A stretch of 64,000 nucleotides of DNA from Sphyrna mokarran (lineage: Eukaryota), in contig JAGIQG010000018.1 in the NCBI GenBank assembly GCA_024679065.1, positions 25,358,001 to 25,422,000 of the forward strand, given 5' to 3'. Under the pieces are notes generated by a model. That model was not told where the DNA came from, searched no databases, and saw only the letters and a list, made by a program, of their open reading frames with translations. Positions 62,950 through 64,000 of this stretch are shown here, piece by piece. A program made the position numbers and the translations under genes. How positions within the stretch are numbered: position 1 is the stretch's first letter; the number at the start of each line of letters is the position of its first letter.

Positions 62950-63182
62950 CAGTACAGGGTCAGTACAGATTAAATGCATCCCTACATTGTCCCATTAAAC
63001 ACTTACAGAGCTGGTGCAGTAATGTTTAGATACAATGTGAAATTCCCTTTACACTATCCCATCAAACATTCCCAAGGTGGATGCAACACAGATTAGATAT
63101 GGAGTAAAGCTGTCTTTATATTGCCCCATCAAACATACCTGGACTAAAAGAGAATGGGTTAGACAGAATAAAGCTCCATTAC
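62950..63182 (+). repeat. ~65-bp satellite-like repeat (about 4 units), cut by a CR1 insertion
   Basis: Units ...ttagatac..g..aaa..ccct.tacact.tcccatcaaacat...; same family as 3655-3840. Confidence 0.65.
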
Positions 63183-63185
63183 TCT

Positions 63186-64000
63186 GGGATTCTCTGGGAG
63201 GCAAGAGAGGAGATTGCAGAGCCTCTGGCTCTGATCTTCAGGGCCTCGTTGGTTACAGGTGTGGTTCCGGAGGACTGGAGGATGGCGAATGTGGTCCCAT
63301 TGTTTAAGAAGGGGAAGAGAGACCTTCCTGGGAATTATAGGCCAGTGAGTCTTACTTCTGTGGTGGGCAAGGTATTGGAGAGAATTATTAGGGATAGGAT
63401 TTATAGTTATTTAGAGAGAAATGAATTGATTGGGGATAGTCAGCATGGTTTCGTGAAGGGTAGGTCATGCCTTACTAACCTCATTGAGTTTTTTGAGAAA
63501 GTGACCAGAGAGGTGGATGGGGGTAAGGCGGTTGATGTAGTATATATGGACTTTAGTAAGGCGTTTGATAAGGTGGCCCATGGAAGACTTCTACAGAAAA
63601 TGCAGATGTGTGGAATAGAGGGTGATTTAGCTAATTGGATTAGGAATTGGCTGGCAGATAGAAGACAGAGGGTGGTGGTTGATGGGAGATATTCATCGTG
63701 GAGTTCGGTGACGAGTGGTGTGCCTCAGGGGTCTGTTTTGGGGCCCCTGCTGTTTGTAATTTTTATAAATGATCTGGATGAGGGTATTGAGGGATGGATC
63801 AGTAAATTTGCAGATGATACTAAAGTTGGTGGTGTGGTAGATAGTGAAGAGGGGTGTTTTAGTTTACAGAGTGACTTGGACAAGTTGCAGAGCTGGGCCG
63901 AGAGGTGGCAAATGGAGTTTAATGTGGAAAAGTGTGAGGTAATGCACTTTGGCAGGAACAATAAATGTGTAGAGTATAGGGCTAATGGTAGGGCTCTTAA
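63186..64000 (+). CDS. CR1 LINE ORF2 reverse transcriptase: uninterrupted frame, 5'-truncated, runs off the window end
   Basis: 271 stop-free codons (63186-63998): [17 protein letters not shown]...[16 protein letters not shown]...[13 protein letters not shown]...[14 protein letters not shown]...[11 protein letters not shown]...[14 protein letters not shown]...KFADDTK...[10 protein letters not shown]. Probably absent from the ORF track because no stop falls within the window. Confidence 0.95.

Overview
Eukaryotic, AT-rich, repeat-dominated DNA. I recognise no host protein-coding gene, and there are no prokaryotic-type features such as CRISPR arrays, rRNA or intact tRNA. The repeat inventory points to a cartilaginous fish (shark or ray) intron or intergenic region (inference). 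It comprises many CR1 LINEs, V-domain (HE1-like) and Deu-domain (SacSINE1/AmnSINE1-like) tRNA-SINEs, Rex1/Babar, L2, Tx1, Vingi-like and Penelope retroelements, Ty3/Gypsy remnants, and Harbinger relics and MITEs. Nearly all listed ORFs are decayed TE fragments or chance ORFs. The only long uninterrupted frame is a young CR1 reverse transcriptase at 63186 that runs off the window end. Most interesting observations: (1) a ~290-bp retroposed element with two U2 snRNA 5' fragments and tandem hairpins whose inner stems differ in sequence but both pair (47520-47812); (2) hammerhead-ribozyme-like motifs in a Penelope element and in tiny inverted-dimer derivatives; (3) a tRNA-headed, apparently ORF1-less LINE plus SINEs that look like its internal deletions; (4) three local inverted or patchwork duplications within 10 kb; (5) a speculative two-exon minus-strand transcript encoding a 34-aa hydrophobic peptide. 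Boundaries of old repeats are approximate. Family names come from motif recognition by eye, not database searches.
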